Source: a virus. From it: a stretch of DNA of 64,000 nt. The stretch is taken from IMG/VR virus record IMGVR_UViG_3300045119_000180, positions 32,001 through 96,000 of that record, one strand, 5' to 3'. The translations under genes were made by a program, and so were the position numbers. Shown piece after piece: positions 16,585 through 25,983 of the stretch (its first letter is position 1; each line of letters opens with the position of its first letter). Below the pieces are notes generated by a model. The model saw nothing but the letters and a program-made list of their open reading frames with translations, ran no database searches and was not told where the DNA came from.

Positions 16585-17771
16585 AAAGATTGGTCTTCGT
16601 CGATTTTGAAACCCGATCGTTACGGGAATTGCGCGGTCAAACCAGCGTAGGTCTTTCAAACTACACGATGGATGCCTCAACGGAGGCTATAATTTTAGCG
16701 TGGGCACTTGATAACGAAGAGCCAAACGTATATTTTCCGCTGTGGCAAGTTATGCCGGAGGAGCTTAAAAAGGCTTTGGAAGATTCGTCTGTAGACATCG
16801 TAGCTTATAATAGCGCCTTTGAAAGAAATGTATTCCTTTATGTATTGGGAATTGATCTGCCAGTAAGTCGCTTTCAAGATCCCCAACCATCTGCTAGATA
16901 TCTTAGTCTTCCTGGAAGCTTGGAAGATGTAGGGGGCATTTTAAAGCTACCCGATGAACTTAAAAAGGACAAAGAAGGTAAACGTCTTTTAGACGTGTTC
17001 ACAAAACCGACGAAAAAGAAAGGTAAAGAGAGTTATTTCCGCGATTGGGATTCGGATCCCGAAGATTGGCAACGTTTTGTTGAATACGCAAAGCAGGATA
17101 TCAGAGCGGAAAGAGAGATCTTGAAGCGCTTGGAAGCCCTCGGCACTTATCCATTACTGCCTAGGGAAAGAGACATCTGGGAGCTTGACCAGAAGATCAA
17201 TGGCCGTGGTATTCCCGTCGATCGGCCGTTTGTTACGAGTATGTTCAATCTTGGTGAGCGGGCCAAGAAGGACGCTATTGGCGAACTGAAGCGACTTACT
17301 GGTTTGGAGAACGCTAATTCGAATAGCCAGATGCTTCAATGGGCGAAGAAGGAAGGATATAGCAAACAGAGTCTTCGTAAAGAGACGGTCCTGGCCGAAT
17401 TGAAGTTCAATACTGAATTGACGCCTCTGTGCCGACAGGTATTAGAGTTACGGAAAGCTGCGTCTTCTACTTCATACAAGAAAATGGCAGCTCTTCTCCG
17501 CTTGTCCAGTTCGGACCAGCGGTTGCGCAATCAATTCCTTTATCTAGGCAGTCCGCGGTGTGGCCGGTGGAGTGGCAACGGCTTTCAGTTTCATAATATG
17601 GCCCGACCGACACAGGATTTTGAGGACCTTGAAACGGTAGATGAAGCCCGAAGATTGGTTAGTGCCGAAGACTATCAAGGTGTCATTGCGAAGTTCGGAA
17701 AGCACCCGAAGGACTACGGCGCTGTATTAGGGGTCGTTAAGAGCTGTATAAGGACTGCATTTTGTTCATAG
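16581..17771 (+). CDS. family A DNA polymerase, N-terminal part (3'-5' exonuclease, thumb)
   Basis: VDFETRS, YNSAFER, YAKQDI, INGRG, GRWSG...HN motifs of SPO2/APSE-type PolA. Confidence 0.9.
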   Translation: MKRLVFVDFETRSLRELRGQTSVGLSNYTMDASTEAIILAWALDNEEPNVYFPLWQVMPEELKKALEDSSVDIVAYNSAFERNVFLYVLGIDLPVSRFQDPQPSARYLSLPGSLEDVGGILKLPDELKKDKEGKRLLDVFTKPTKKKGKESYFRDWDSDPEDWQRFVEYAKQDIRAEREILKRLEALGTYPLLPRERDIWELDQKINGRGIPVDRPFVTSMFNLGERAKKDAIGELKRLTGLENANSNSQMLQWAKKEGYSKQSLRKETVLAELKFNTELTPLCRQVLELRKAASSTSYKKMAALLRLSSSDQRLRNQFLYLGSPRCGRWSGNGFQFHNMARPTQDFEDLETVDEARRLVSAEDYQGVIAKFGKHPKDYGAVLGVVKSCIRTAFCS

Positions 17772-18703
17772 CCGCAGACTTGAACGCCATAGAGACTCGG
17801 GTAGCTGCTTGGTTGAGCGGCTGTCAGTCGCTATTACAAGTGTTTTACGATAATCAAGACCCGTATATATCGTTTGCAAATCGTATGACGGGTATTATGT
17901 ACGACAAGTTGGCCAAAGATCTTAAAAGCGACAATCCGGCCGTAAAAGCCGCGGCTAAAGGTCATCGCCAAGTCGCTAAACCAGGCGTTTTAGGCTGCGT
18001 TTACCGTCTAGGTCCGGGCCAGATAAGCACCAATAAGCACGGCGATCAGGTCAAAACAGGCTTGTGGGGCTATTCAGAGGCTATGGGCGTTTCAATGACG
18101 CAGGATAAGGCCCAGGAGGTAGTTCAGGTCTTCCGCCAGTCATATCCGGAGATTTGCGAGATGTGGTATAGCCTTGAGGAAGCCGTTTCAGACGTTCTGA
18201 AGGGCCAACGGACAAAACGCGAATTAGGGCCTGATGGCTGCATCAAGATCGATAAGATACCGAATGGTGATACCGAGATCCTACGTATCCAGTTGCCCAG
18301 TGGGCGCCGATTGCACTATCTAGAGGCTCAGATCAAGCCTACCAAGATGCCTTGGACCAAACTGAACGACCAGGGCGAAGAGGAAGAAGTTTATAAGCCT
18401 ACGTTGAATTACGCCTCAGTTGACCAGGAAACGAAGCAATGGGGTTATACTACCAGTCATGGTGGTAAGATATTTGAGAACATTGTTCAAGGTACGGCTC
18501 GAGACGTCCTGGCAGAGCAAATGCTAAGATTCGAAGAGTGGCATTTGAATATCGTTGCTCACGTTCATGACGAAATCATCGTAGAGTGCGATACGGACGA
18601 ACTGAAGTTGGCTGAAGAGATAATGTCACGGAGTATTGATTGGGCTCCTGGTTTGCCGTTGGCCGCTGAAGGATGGCGAGGAAATTACTACAGAAAGGGT
18701 TGA
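17762..18703 (+). CDS. family A DNA polymerase, C-terminal part (palm/fingers)
   Basis: ADLNAIETRV (motif A), RQVAK..VLGCVY (B), ENIVQGTARD, HVHDEI (C). Confidence 0.9.
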   Translation: MFIAADLNAIETRVAAWLSGCQSLLQVFYDNQDPYISFANRMTGIMYDKLAKDLKSDNPAVKAAAKGHRQVAKPGVLGCVYRLGPGQISTNKHGDQVKTGLWGYSEAMGVSMTQDKAQEVVQVFRQSYPEICEMWYSLEEAVSDVLKGQRTKRELGPDGCIKIDKIPNGDTEILRIQLPSGRRLHYLEAQIKPTKMPWTKLNDQGEEEEVYKPTLNYASVDQETKQWGYTTSHGGKIFENIVQGTARDVLAEQMLRFEEWHLNIVAHVHDEIIVECDTDELKLAEEIMSRSIDWAPGLPLAAEGWRGNYYRKG

Positions 18704-18728
18704 CAATTAGTTTACTTTAAGGTAGGCT
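18700..18728 (+). promoter_or_regulatory. sigma70 promoter (likely leaderless transcript)
   Basis: TTGACA-17-TAGGCT, ATG 6 nt downstream. Confidence 0.55.
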
Positions 18729-18734
18729 TTTAAA

Positions 18735-18917
18735 ATGAAGAAGAAATTCGCTAAATATCTTATTCCAAAGCGCGCTAAAATACTATTAAGCGCCAATCGG
18801 CTAATTGATTCGTTTAATGAAAAAGAGCAAACATGGGAGACAGACGATACAGACGGTCATCCGCACGAGTTTACGGCTATTTATAAACTCGTTCGTGTCA
18901 AGAAGGTCAAAAAGTGA
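18735..18917 (+). CDS. hypothetical basic protein
   Basis: ORF track; GTGA coupling. Confidence 0.55.
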   Translation: MKKKFAKYLIPKRAKILLSANRLIDSFNEKEQTWETDDTDGHPHEFTAIYKLVRVKKVKK

Positions 18918-19978
18918 AAGCAAAATTCATACCATTAGGCGATTTAAGCAATCTTTCAGAAGAGCAGAAGCTTGACTATTATAATAACGTCTGTGAACAC
19001 TTTGAAGTGCCGGCAGAACTGAATTTATTGTATTTCGATTGGTTCGATTCGGGCGACGGAGCCAGAAAGTACATCCTTTACGCCGCGAAGGGCTTTTCGG
19101 ACTTTATGCGCGGCAAACTGGGCATTGAAACGGACAGTTTGGAAGAGTCGGTTTCAGATGGCGTAGTACGGTATAAGTGTAAGGGCCACGATAAAGATGG
19201 CCGTCACGAAATTGCTATCGGCGCAAGTACGATCGCAGGACTTACAGGTAAGAAGCTCGAGGATTCTTTCGCGAAAGCACAGACGAAAGCAACCAGGCGT
19301 ATGACGCTGCAATTTGTAGGCGCCGGCATTCTAGACGAATCTGAAAAGTCAGTTACAAGCCTTTCTGTTGACATTTCTTCCGCAGGTCTTCCTCTGGCCC
19401 AACTGCCCACAGTAGAGATCAACGCTGCTAAGGGTAAGTTGGTTGAGATGGCTAATGAGGCTACTAATCGGGCGGTTGATATGCTTCATGATCAGCATCC
19501 TCTGGCTTTTGAAGCCGTAAAGGTTTCTGGCGAACTGGTTGCTGCGGTTAACGGTTTGGAAACGGAGCTGCGTCGACGTCCAGGACCAAAGCAGTCTGAC
19601 AATTTGGTAGTTGACACCAATTTGGGTACAGTTGACACCAATTTGGGTACAGTTGACACCAATTTGGGTACACCTGCCGAATTGACTTTTAAGCAATGGC
19701 TAAGTCGCCTTACGAATGAAATCCTGCCACCTCCTCCAAGCGGCCAATCCGGGACGTTTACGACTTATGGCGGTATGAAGCCGTCGTTAGGCGTTGGCGG
19801 CGTATCAATGAAAGTCGTTTCGTACGCCAGGAAGGTCTTTCCGGGCAAGGAAATAAAAGAGTTTACTCTAGACGATCAAAACGCGTTCAAAAAAGGCTTC
19901 GATAATGTATTAAAAGAGCAAGGTGCGGTCGGTTTGGTTAAACATATAAACGATTCGTTAGGTGTAAAGGAGGGCTGA
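18914..19978 (+). CDS. single-strand annealing recombinase (RecT/Redbeta-like SSAP)
   Basis: GDLSNLS.EQK..YY...C, LYA.KG, AKAQTKATRR..L...G.G.LDESE. Confidence 0.7.
   Translation: MKAKFIPLGDLSNLSEEQKLDYYNNVCEHFEVPAELNLLYFDWFDSGDGARKYILYAAKGFSDFMRGKLGIETDSLEESVSDGVVRYKCKGHDKDGRHEIAIGASTIAGLTGKKLEDSFAKAQTKATRRMTLQFVGAGILDESEKSVTSLSVDISSAGLPLAQLPTVEINAAKGKLVEMANEATNRAVDMLHDQHPLAFEAVKVSGELVAAVNGLETELRRRPGPKQSDNLVVDTNLGTVDTNLGTVDTNLGTPAELTFKQWLSRLTNEILPPPPSGQSGTFTTYGGMKPSLGVGGVSMKVVSYARKVFPGKEIKEFTLDDQNAFKKGFDNVLKEQGAVGLVKHINDSLGVKEG
19610..19672 (+). repeat. 3 x 21-bp perfect tandem repeat (VDTNLGT)
   Basis: GTTGACACCAATTTGGGTACA x3. Confidence 0.95.
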
Positions 19979-20160
19979 TGGATAGCGGCTTGATTCGTTG
20001 TAGTAATTGCGAAGAAGATCTTCCAGAAAGCGATTTTAGCGACTTTCAGCTAGGAAAGGCGGATAGCATTTGTGACGTCTGCCTAGACGAAATGGACGAA
20101 ATAGACGAAGATCTAGAAGATGAAGCTGCGGAGGAATCGGAAGACGATTTTACCGACTGA
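19978..20160 (+). CDS. small acidic Zn-ribbon protein
   Basis: CSNC...CDVC, highly acidic tail. Confidence 0.6.
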   Translation: MDSGLIRCSNCEEDLPESDFSDFQLGKADSICDVCLDEMDEIDEDLEDEAAEESEDDFTD

Positions 20161-21356
20161 TGCCGCCCCTTTATGTCAGGCCAGACGGAACTGGCTGCTA
20201 CGAACATTCTTACAGTGCGGGTATCGACTATGACAAGTCACCTTTAGGATACTACAAGCGCCGTATTGAAGGCTGGCGTGAAGCCGATAACCGTGCGGCA
20301 TTTCGATTTGGCCGCGCTATCGAAGATTCTATTGAGTTCTACCACAACAACGGCCGCGATCTTGTCAGTCACTTCGTAGCCATTTGGAACCTTCATAAAG
20401 ACATCGAATTGAAATATACGAAGCTTGAGAAGGATTGGGCTAACCTATTGCGTTGCGGCGTTGAAATGCTGCAACTTTACATCATTAGGCAGCCGAGCTT
20501 GCCTATTCCTATGGGTGCCAAGTCTGCTTTCCAGCGGAAGTACGAAATTGAGATGTATCCGAATGACCCCTGGTACGGAGAGATTCTTCACGTTGGAAAG
20601 GTCGATGTTGTGGCCTATACGGAGCCAGATCACCCGCTTCTGCCGGCTATCGATTGGACAGGAAAAGGTAATATCAGGGAATCGATCGGCGACATCAAAA
20701 CGACTGCATCAGTCTGGGCAGGCAACGGGTTAGTGCGGTTTCACCCGCAAATGCGTAATTACGCCTTTCTAACGAAGATTTATACCGTTTGGATGTTGTG
20801 GTTCGTCAAGAAATGTCATAAAGTCGGAAAAGGTAATATTGTTACATTATTGGCTAATCACGGAAATGTACCAGCTGGTGAAGAATTAATCGTAGCGAGT
20901 TTAATTAAAGATTCGGAAGAAGTTTATTTAGTGCCAGACAAAAGTTGGATTGAAACAATGGAAAAGGAACAGGGCCGTAAGGAAGACGGTTCATTAGATA
21001 CTAAAAAAGAAGCAAATGAACGAAAAGAACAATGGTTGGTAAAATACGCTATAAAAGTACCTTTATCGGCGGTGACCAAGCAGCGTTTAATCTTCGATTC
21101 AGGCATTATAACGCCAGAATCTGCGATGGAAGCCGGCGAAATTGCTGGCCGACAGATTCAGCAAATTGTCAATAGCTGGAAGACAAATAAATGGCCTTCA
21201 ACCTACCAGGTCAGTTATCCCCGCGATGACTCGAAGGATCCGTATTTCCGAGCGTTCATTCTTAATGACACCGAATTCAGAGACGCAAATTTTACACGAA
21301 CATTCGAAGAAGCTTTCGATGATCTAGAGCCGGAGCCGGAAGGAGTTGAAGACTAA
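20160..21356 (+). CDS. PD-(D/E)XK exonuclease (RecB/Cas4-like)
   Basis: HSYS, FGRAI, GKVD, IGDIKT, QMRNY; next to the SSAP. Confidence 0.75.
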   Translation: MPPLYVRPDGTGCYEHSYSAGIDYDKSPLGYYKRRIEGWREADNRAAFRFGRAIEDSIEFYHNNGRDLVSHFVAIWNLHKDIELKYTKLEKDWANLLRCGVEMLQLYIIRQPSLPIPMGAKSAFQRKYEIEMYPNDPWYGEILHVGKVDVVAYTEPDHPLLPAIDWTGKGNIRESIGDIKTTASVWAGNGLVRFHPQMRNYAFLTKIYTVWMLWFVKKCHKVGKGNIVTLLANHGNVPAGEELIVASLIKDSEEVYLVPDKSWIETMEKEQGRKEDGSLDTKKEANERKEQWLVKYAIKVPLSAVTKQRLIFDSGIITPESAMEAGEIAGRQIQQIVNSWKTNKWPSTYQVSYPRDDSKDPYFRAFILNDTEFRDANFTRTFEEAFDDLEPEPEGVED

Positions 21357-21479
21357 TGGATCAACAAGAATATCTTTTATACCAACGTTTCAAGGAAATA
21401 GACGACCGTTTAGACAAAATTGAAGAGGCTCTAAGTAAATTGCTTTTTGGGCGCGGAATAGAATCCGAAGAAGAAAGAG

Positions 21480-21686
21480 ATGATTAAATGTCAAGTCAAG
21501 GATTGCCAAAGCGAAATTAATCCTGCAGAGCCACTATCAGTTGGGTGTCGATATATTTGTAGTAAGCATACAAGATCGGAGCAGTGGAAGGCGTTAGACA
21601 GGACAGCAAACGATAGAAAAGACGCAGAAGACTCAGACGTTCATTTCCAAGATTGCCAATTCGACAAAGACCTTAAACGTGGTTGA
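21480..21686 (+). CDS. small Cys/His protein
   Basis: C...C ... CSKH. Confidence 0.5.
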   Translation: MIKCQVKDCQSEINPAEPLSVGCRYICSKHTRSEQWKALDRTANDRKDAEDSDVHFQDCQFDKDLKRG

Positions 21687-21918
21687 CGGCCAGTGGATAC
21701 AGATCATATCCAACGCCAAGGCAGCGAAATCGACGATCAGCAGGAGAAGATTGACCTGAATGAGGAGCATCTGGAGGGTATAAATTGAAGTACAAAAGAC
21801 CTCAAAGCACAAGAGAAGAGTTGCTTCGTACGATCCGTAAGCTATTTGATGAAAATATGCGCCTTAGAAAGAAAGTGAAGGTAACAGAAGAGTTTTTGCA
21901 CGCTTATTTAGGTGAGAA

Positions 21919-22317
21919 GTGAAGAATTGCCGCAGCCGTGATACCCAAGGCGAACTCCGTAACAGCTTTGACAGCAATTCGCCGTTTATGACCGGCCATT
22001 CGATTATGGTCGTGCGACGACATAAGCGCCGTATTCCAGAATGGGCTAAAGACGACAAACAACTACGACAATTAATTTCGAGATCTTTTCCTTACCGTAA
22101 AAGTAATCCGGACCAAAATCTCAGAGCTGGCCGTTGGGCTCGATTCATTTATCTTTATTTCAGGATGACTAAAACTAGAAGCGAGATAGTAGGCGAAATG
22201 TCATTGACGTACCACGCTGTTGATAGTCTTTGCCGGGCGATCTACCGTGCGGCCGCCGGGCTTAAGGCTAACGGCAATGGTAAGGCTGGCGGACGCCCAG
22301 GACGCCCTAAGAAATAG
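21919..22317 (+). CDS. sigma70 region-4-like HTH protein; putative late-gene activator
   Basis: RWARFIYLYFRMTKTRSEIVGEMSLTYHAVDSLCRAIYR fits the sigma4 HTH pattern; AT-hook-like GRPGRPKK tail. Confidence 0.55.
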   Translation: MKNCRSRDTQGELRNSFDSNSPFMTGHSIMVVRRHKRRIPEWAKDDKQLRQLISRSFPYRKSNPDQNLRAGRWARFIYLYFRMTKTRSEIVGEMSLTYHAVDSLCRAIYRAAAGLKANGNGKAGGRPGRPKK

Positions 22318-22350
22318 TGCCTGCATCCAGCCGTCTAATAGAGGCTAAAT
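22315..22350 (+). promoter_or_regulatory. putative phage late promoter, copy 3
   Basis: TAGTGCCTGCATCCAGCCGTCTAATAGAGGCTAAAT; heads the tRNA/glycan operon. Confidence 0.7.
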
Positions 22351-22389
22351 CATGGCCATGTTAATTATCATGGCCTTGTTAAAGGAAAG

Positions 22390-22890
22390 ATGAAGACGCT
22401 CGTTTTTTCGGTATTGATTCATAGTTGTCAATTAGATTTTTCAGAAAGGCTGAGACAGTATCTTATTCCTGGCGAGCGGTATATCTTCGTAGGCAACGGA
22501 TACCGTATTCTGCCGAAGCGGTGTCGGTGCAAGAAGCAGGTTACCAAAGCGAAGGCAGAGCAGATGGTGGCCGACGGCATCGCGGAGCCGGTCTGGAAGA
22601 CCCGCTGTAGAAGGGTGCAGATTGACTTTACCAGAATTTGGATGGCTCAGCAGGTGCAGGTACCGCGGGTAGACTTAATTAGTCAGGCCGATATTGAGAG
22701 ATTTGTTGAAGGCAACGAAACATCGATCGCTTATGTCGAGGCAGTGCACGAATTATATTTAGAAAATAGACAGAAGCTAATTCGATATGTTAAAGCTGAA
22801 GAATATGATAGACAAGAAAAGCTTGACTATGGTGTGCCAGTAGTCTACAGTTACGGAGACGGTCGGACCCCTGGTGGAATTAGTAAATAA
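22390..22890 (+). CDS. hypothetical protein
   Basis: AAAGGA SD; 166 aa. Confidence 0.7.
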   Translation: MKTLVFSVLIHSCQLDFSERLRQYLIPGERYIFVGNGYRILPKRCRCKKQVTKAKAEQMVADGIAEPVWKTRCRRVQIDFTRIWMAQQVQVPRVDLISQADIERFVEGNETSIAYVEAVHELYLENRQKLIRYVKAEEYDRQEKLDYGVPVVYSYGDGRTPGGISK

Positions 22891-22899
22891 CTATTCTGC

Positions 22900-22973
22900 T
22901 GGCCTCTAGCATAACCGGTAATTGCGTCGTCCTGTTAAGACGAAGGATCTCTGTTCGAATCAGAGGGGGCCAG
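22900..22973 (+). tRNA. tRNA-Asn (GTT)
   Basis: Acceptor TGGCCTC/GGGGCCA, anticodon arm TCGTC-CTGTTAA-GACGA, T-arm CTCTG-TTCGAAT-CAGAG; CCA not encoded. Confidence 0.9.
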
Positions 22974-22983
22974 CTGAGGAGTT

Positions 22984-23238
22984 ATGAAAATAGGCGGTTA
23001 TTTCGAATATGTTTCGTTGACTGAATTAGGTCATCAAGCCGCTATTGATGCTTCTGTTGCACCAAGAATTAAAAAGTCTTGGGTACCTAATTGGTTGTAT
23101 AAACAAAGATTTCGTTCTGATTGGTTGTACGATCTATTGACTGAGCCGGATCCTTTCTACATTTCCGCTGCGCAGTTAAAAGTCGCCGGCGATAAGTTCT
23201 ATAGTGATTTAAGGAAGATTATTGAGGAGGATAAGTGA
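22984..23238 (+). CDS. hypothetical protein
   Basis: GAGGAG SD. Confidence 0.6.
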   Translation: MKIGGYFEYVSLTELGHQAAIDASVAPRIKKSWVPNWLYKQRFRSDWLYDLLTEPDPFYISAAQLKVAGDKFYSDLRKIIEEDK

Positions 23239-23567
23239 AGTACTTAATTATCGCAATGCTGTTTTTGGCGCCGTTGGCTAAAGCTCAAGACGCCAAAGTA
23301 ATCGTAGTCGATCCGCAAGATGCTAAAAAGGCTGCCAGTATTTATGCCGAAAAACTAGCTGCGGATAAAGAGTGGAACGACTTTTTGTATCGAATGAATA
23401 TCAAATATATCAAGGATAGCCACGATTGGTCTTACGGCATTCTCTTTAGCTCGGATTTCAAGGCTATCATTCCTGCAGACTACAAGCCAGATCCTTGTAG
23501 CAAATTTAAATATCCTTTTGGCGGGAGTCTCACCTTGACTGGTGTAACAAATGCCAACGCCAACTAA
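23235..23567 (+). CDS. exported protein with Sec signal peptide
   Basis: MKYLIIAMLFLAPLAKA-QD signal. Confidence 0.65.
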   Translation: MKYLIIAMLFLAPLAKAQDAKVIVVDPQDAKKAASIYAEKLAADKEWNDFLYRMNIKYIKDSHDWSYGILFSSDFKAIIPADYKPDPCSKFKYPFGGSLTLTGVTNANAN

Positions 23568-23665
23568 ACCGATGATCGGTGATTACGCAGAATTAGTATT
23601 AAAAGGCGATTTCAAACTTGACGAAATACAGATCCTTAAATACTTAATTGAAAAAGAGGTAAAAA

Positions 23666-24040
23666 ATGACAGAAAAAAGCAACAAAGCATTCGGCGTAAA
23701 CGAATTAAAGCCTAACACGAGCCATTTGATCCCGGGCAAGACCGGCGACGGTAGTAACGCCGACCCGCTTACGACTGGCAAGTATTCACGGCAGGAAGTT
23801 GATGAATTGATTCAATTGGGTAAGGAGGCGAGAGGCGAATTAAAGCCGATGGTTCTTCCTGAAGAGTTTAAAAATTGGGGTGAAGGAGACGTCAGTTCGA
23901 CTCCTGTAGAAGACGATTATAAGTTCATAGATACAACTCCGTATGGCGTACAAGAGCGATTGACCAGTCTTGAGAATAAATTCGAAGAGCTTCAAAGCCG
24001 TTTGGTCAAGGCGTTTAAACACGCAGGATTTAACTTTTAA
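23666..24040 (+). CDS. hypothetical protein (C-terminal coiled coil)
   Basis: GAGG SD. Confidence 0.65.
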   Translation: MTEKSNKAFGVNELKPNTSHLIPGKTGDGSNADPLTTGKYSRQEVDELIQLGKEARGELKPMVLPEEFKNWGEGDVSSTPVEDDYKFIDTTPYGVQERLTSLENKFEELQSRLVKAFKHAGFNF

Positions 24041-24825
24041 TGGATTTAAGCAAAGTCAGCATCGGGATTCGTACTTTTTTACGCGATGAGTGCTTAAAAA
24101 ATTCTATCGCAGCGATTCGCCGTACGATGCCTGACGCTAAAATGATAATTGCAGACTGCGGAGAGCATACGCAGGAAAAGTATGATCTTTATTCAGAGCT
24201 TAGCCGGGAAGGGCATTTGTGCTTTACGCTTCCATGGGATTCCGGATTTGGCTGTATGAGCAATTGTATTGCGAGCGCAGCAACTCGGCCCTATCTTTTG
24301 ATTGGCAGTGATGATTTCGACTTTAATCCTCCGGAAGTAAGAAAAGGGATTGAGTCTTTCGTGGAGTGTTTGGATAACTGGCCGACTTTAAGCGTTGTTA
24401 GCGGACGGGTCAATAATAAATTTTATGAGTATTACTTAGAAGACAAAGGCGACGAAATTAAAGAGTCGCCAGCTCTGTGGGGTATTTATGCCGCGGCAAA
24501 TCAAATTATTCCCTGGCTCTATCCAATTGATCTGACGGTTAATTACTGTTTAGTTCGAAAAGAAGTATTTCAGAAAGTCCAATGGGATCCAGAGGCTAAG
24601 ATAGGGCAAGGTGAACACGGTTCGTGGTTCGTGGATATCAAGCGAGCAGGTCTTAAAGTAGGTTGGATACCCGGAGTTAGCATTAGCGAACAGCCGAATC
24701 AGAACAGTGATCGATATCGTGAATTCCGTAATAGAGCTAGGAGCCCCGAAAGAAGTTGTTTTAAGAAACGCGGCATTAAGAAGTATGTTTTAGGTTGCGG
24801 AACAGTCGACTATGAAGAGACGTAA
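24040..24825 (+). CDS. glycosyltransferase family 2 (GT-A)
   Basis: VSIGIRTFLR, IIADC, SDDF, WDP...GEH..WF. Confidence 0.85.
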   Translation: MDLSKVSIGIRTFLRDECLKNSIAAIRRTMPDAKMIIADCGEHTQEKYDLYSELSREGHLCFTLPWDSGFGCMSNCIASAATRPYLLIGSDDFDFNPPEVRKGIESFVECLDNWPTLSVVSGRVNNKFYEYYLEDKGDEIKESPALWGIYAAANQIIPWLYPIDLTVNYCLVRKEVFQKVQWDPEAKIGQGEHGSWFVDIKRAGLKVGWIPGVSISEQPNQNSDRYREFRNRARSPERSCFKKRGIKKYVLGCGTVDYEET

Positions 24826-25306
24826 GAAGTGTACTAAATGCGGAGAAATAAAGCACTTTTCTTGTTTTTCGCCGGACAAAAGGGATGAAAAAGGCCGTCT
24901 GCGTTGGCGAATGGGCGTTTGTACTGCTTGTAGGTCCGAAGGTTTTAAAAAGAAGTACTGGAACGACCCTGTGGCAGCAAGGAGAAATGCCAGGAAAAAT
25001 AGGACCTCAAAAAAGATGAGGGACTGGAATTTAAGATTTGCTTATGGAATAACTCTATTGGAGTGGGAGGATATTTTTACAAAGCAGGGCCGACAGTGTG
25101 CTATTTGTAAAAGAAAGAAACCAATTGGTCTAGGTTGGGCGACAGATCATAAAGGTTGGCATTGCAGAAGAGGTAAATTACGTAAAAGAATAAGAGCAAT
25201 TTTATGTCAACATTGTAATACTCTTTTAGGCCAGGCAAGAGAGTCGGTAGATATTTTAAAAGCGGTAATTGCGTACATAAGAAACAATAAATGGGCAAAT
25301 TATTAA
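24812..25306 (+). CDS. EndoVII-type homing endonuclease
   Basis: CTKC...CTAC; YGIT, QGRQCAIC, DH...IRAILCQHCNTLLG. Confidence 0.85.
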   Translation: MKRRKKCTKCGEIKHFSCFSPDKRDEKGRLRWRMGVCTACRSEGFKKKYWNDPVAARRNARKNRTSKKMRDWNLRFAYGITLLEWEDIFTKQGRQCAICKRKKPIGLGWATDHKGWHCRRGKLRKRIRAILCQHCNTLLGQARESVDILKAVIAYIRNNKWANY

Positions 25307-25983
25307 TATCTATAAAATCATGCCGTCGCGACTGGATGCGCGGCGATCATGACGTCATTCGCTCGACGTGGGGCAAGGATGTTCCCGAAGGCGTTGATTT
25401 ACGGTTCTTTATGGGCACGGAAAGTTATAGGCTATGTACCGACGGCGATGAAGAATGGTTGGATGTTAAAGACGATTACGATTCACTCCCTCAAAAGGTT
25501 AAGGCTATTTTTAAATGGGCTTTAGAAAAACAATATGACTACATTTTCCTTGCGGACACGGATACGTTCGTTATACCAAAACGCCTTATTGCGCTTCCTT
25601 TTCAAGACTATGACTTATCTGGTCGGTTCGGGAAAATTAAGCCTATTGGCGAGACCTTTAGATATATTGACGGACGAGATATTGTTTACGACCCCTGTTG
25701 GCCCTGGCCAAGCGGAGGGTGCGGTTATTTTGTATCGGCTAAAGGTGCCGATTATATTTTACGTACAGGATTTACAGGCTGGGCCGAAGACATTCAGTCA
25801 GGCCAAGCACTCGGACCGCTGGAAAAACTAGGCTTGGTAAAGATAGGCGATCTAGAAGATCTCGAGTGTAAGGCATCGTGGCATTTTCCGCGGTGGAAGT
25901 ACAATCAGGAAGTTTACCATCCCCGATATGGTTGGCAAGAGAAGATGTATAAAGAGCATAATGAAAATAGCGATAGTCATTAA
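25291..25983 (+). CDS. GT31 (galactosyltransferase/Fringe-like) glycosyltransferase
   Basis: IRSTWG, DDYDSLPQKV, ADTDTF, SGGCGY..S, AED...G. Confidence 0.8.
   Translation: MGKLLISIKSCRRDWMRGDHDVIRSTWGKDVPEGVDLRFFMGTESYRLCTDGDEEWLDVKDDYDSLPQKVKAIFKWALEKQYDYIFLADTDTFVIPKRLIALPFQDYDLSGRFGKIKPIGETFRYIDGRDIVYDPCWPWPSGGCGYFVSAKGADYILRTGFTGWAEDIQSGQALGPLEKLGLVKIGDLEDLECKASWHFPRWKYNQEVYHPRYGWQEKMYKEHNENSDSH

Noticed and set aside
17745-17775. Group I intron or intein in the polymerase
   Set aside because: The two halves overlap; there is no intervening sequence
19610-19672. Mini-CRISPR array or promoter cluster
   Set aside because: Head-to-tail repeats without spacers, in frame in a coding linker, with no convincing -10 element at the right spacing
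20160-21356. CRISPR-associated Cas4
   Set aside because: Lacks the four-Cys Fe-S motif and sits beside an SSAP, so it is better explained as a recombination exonuclease
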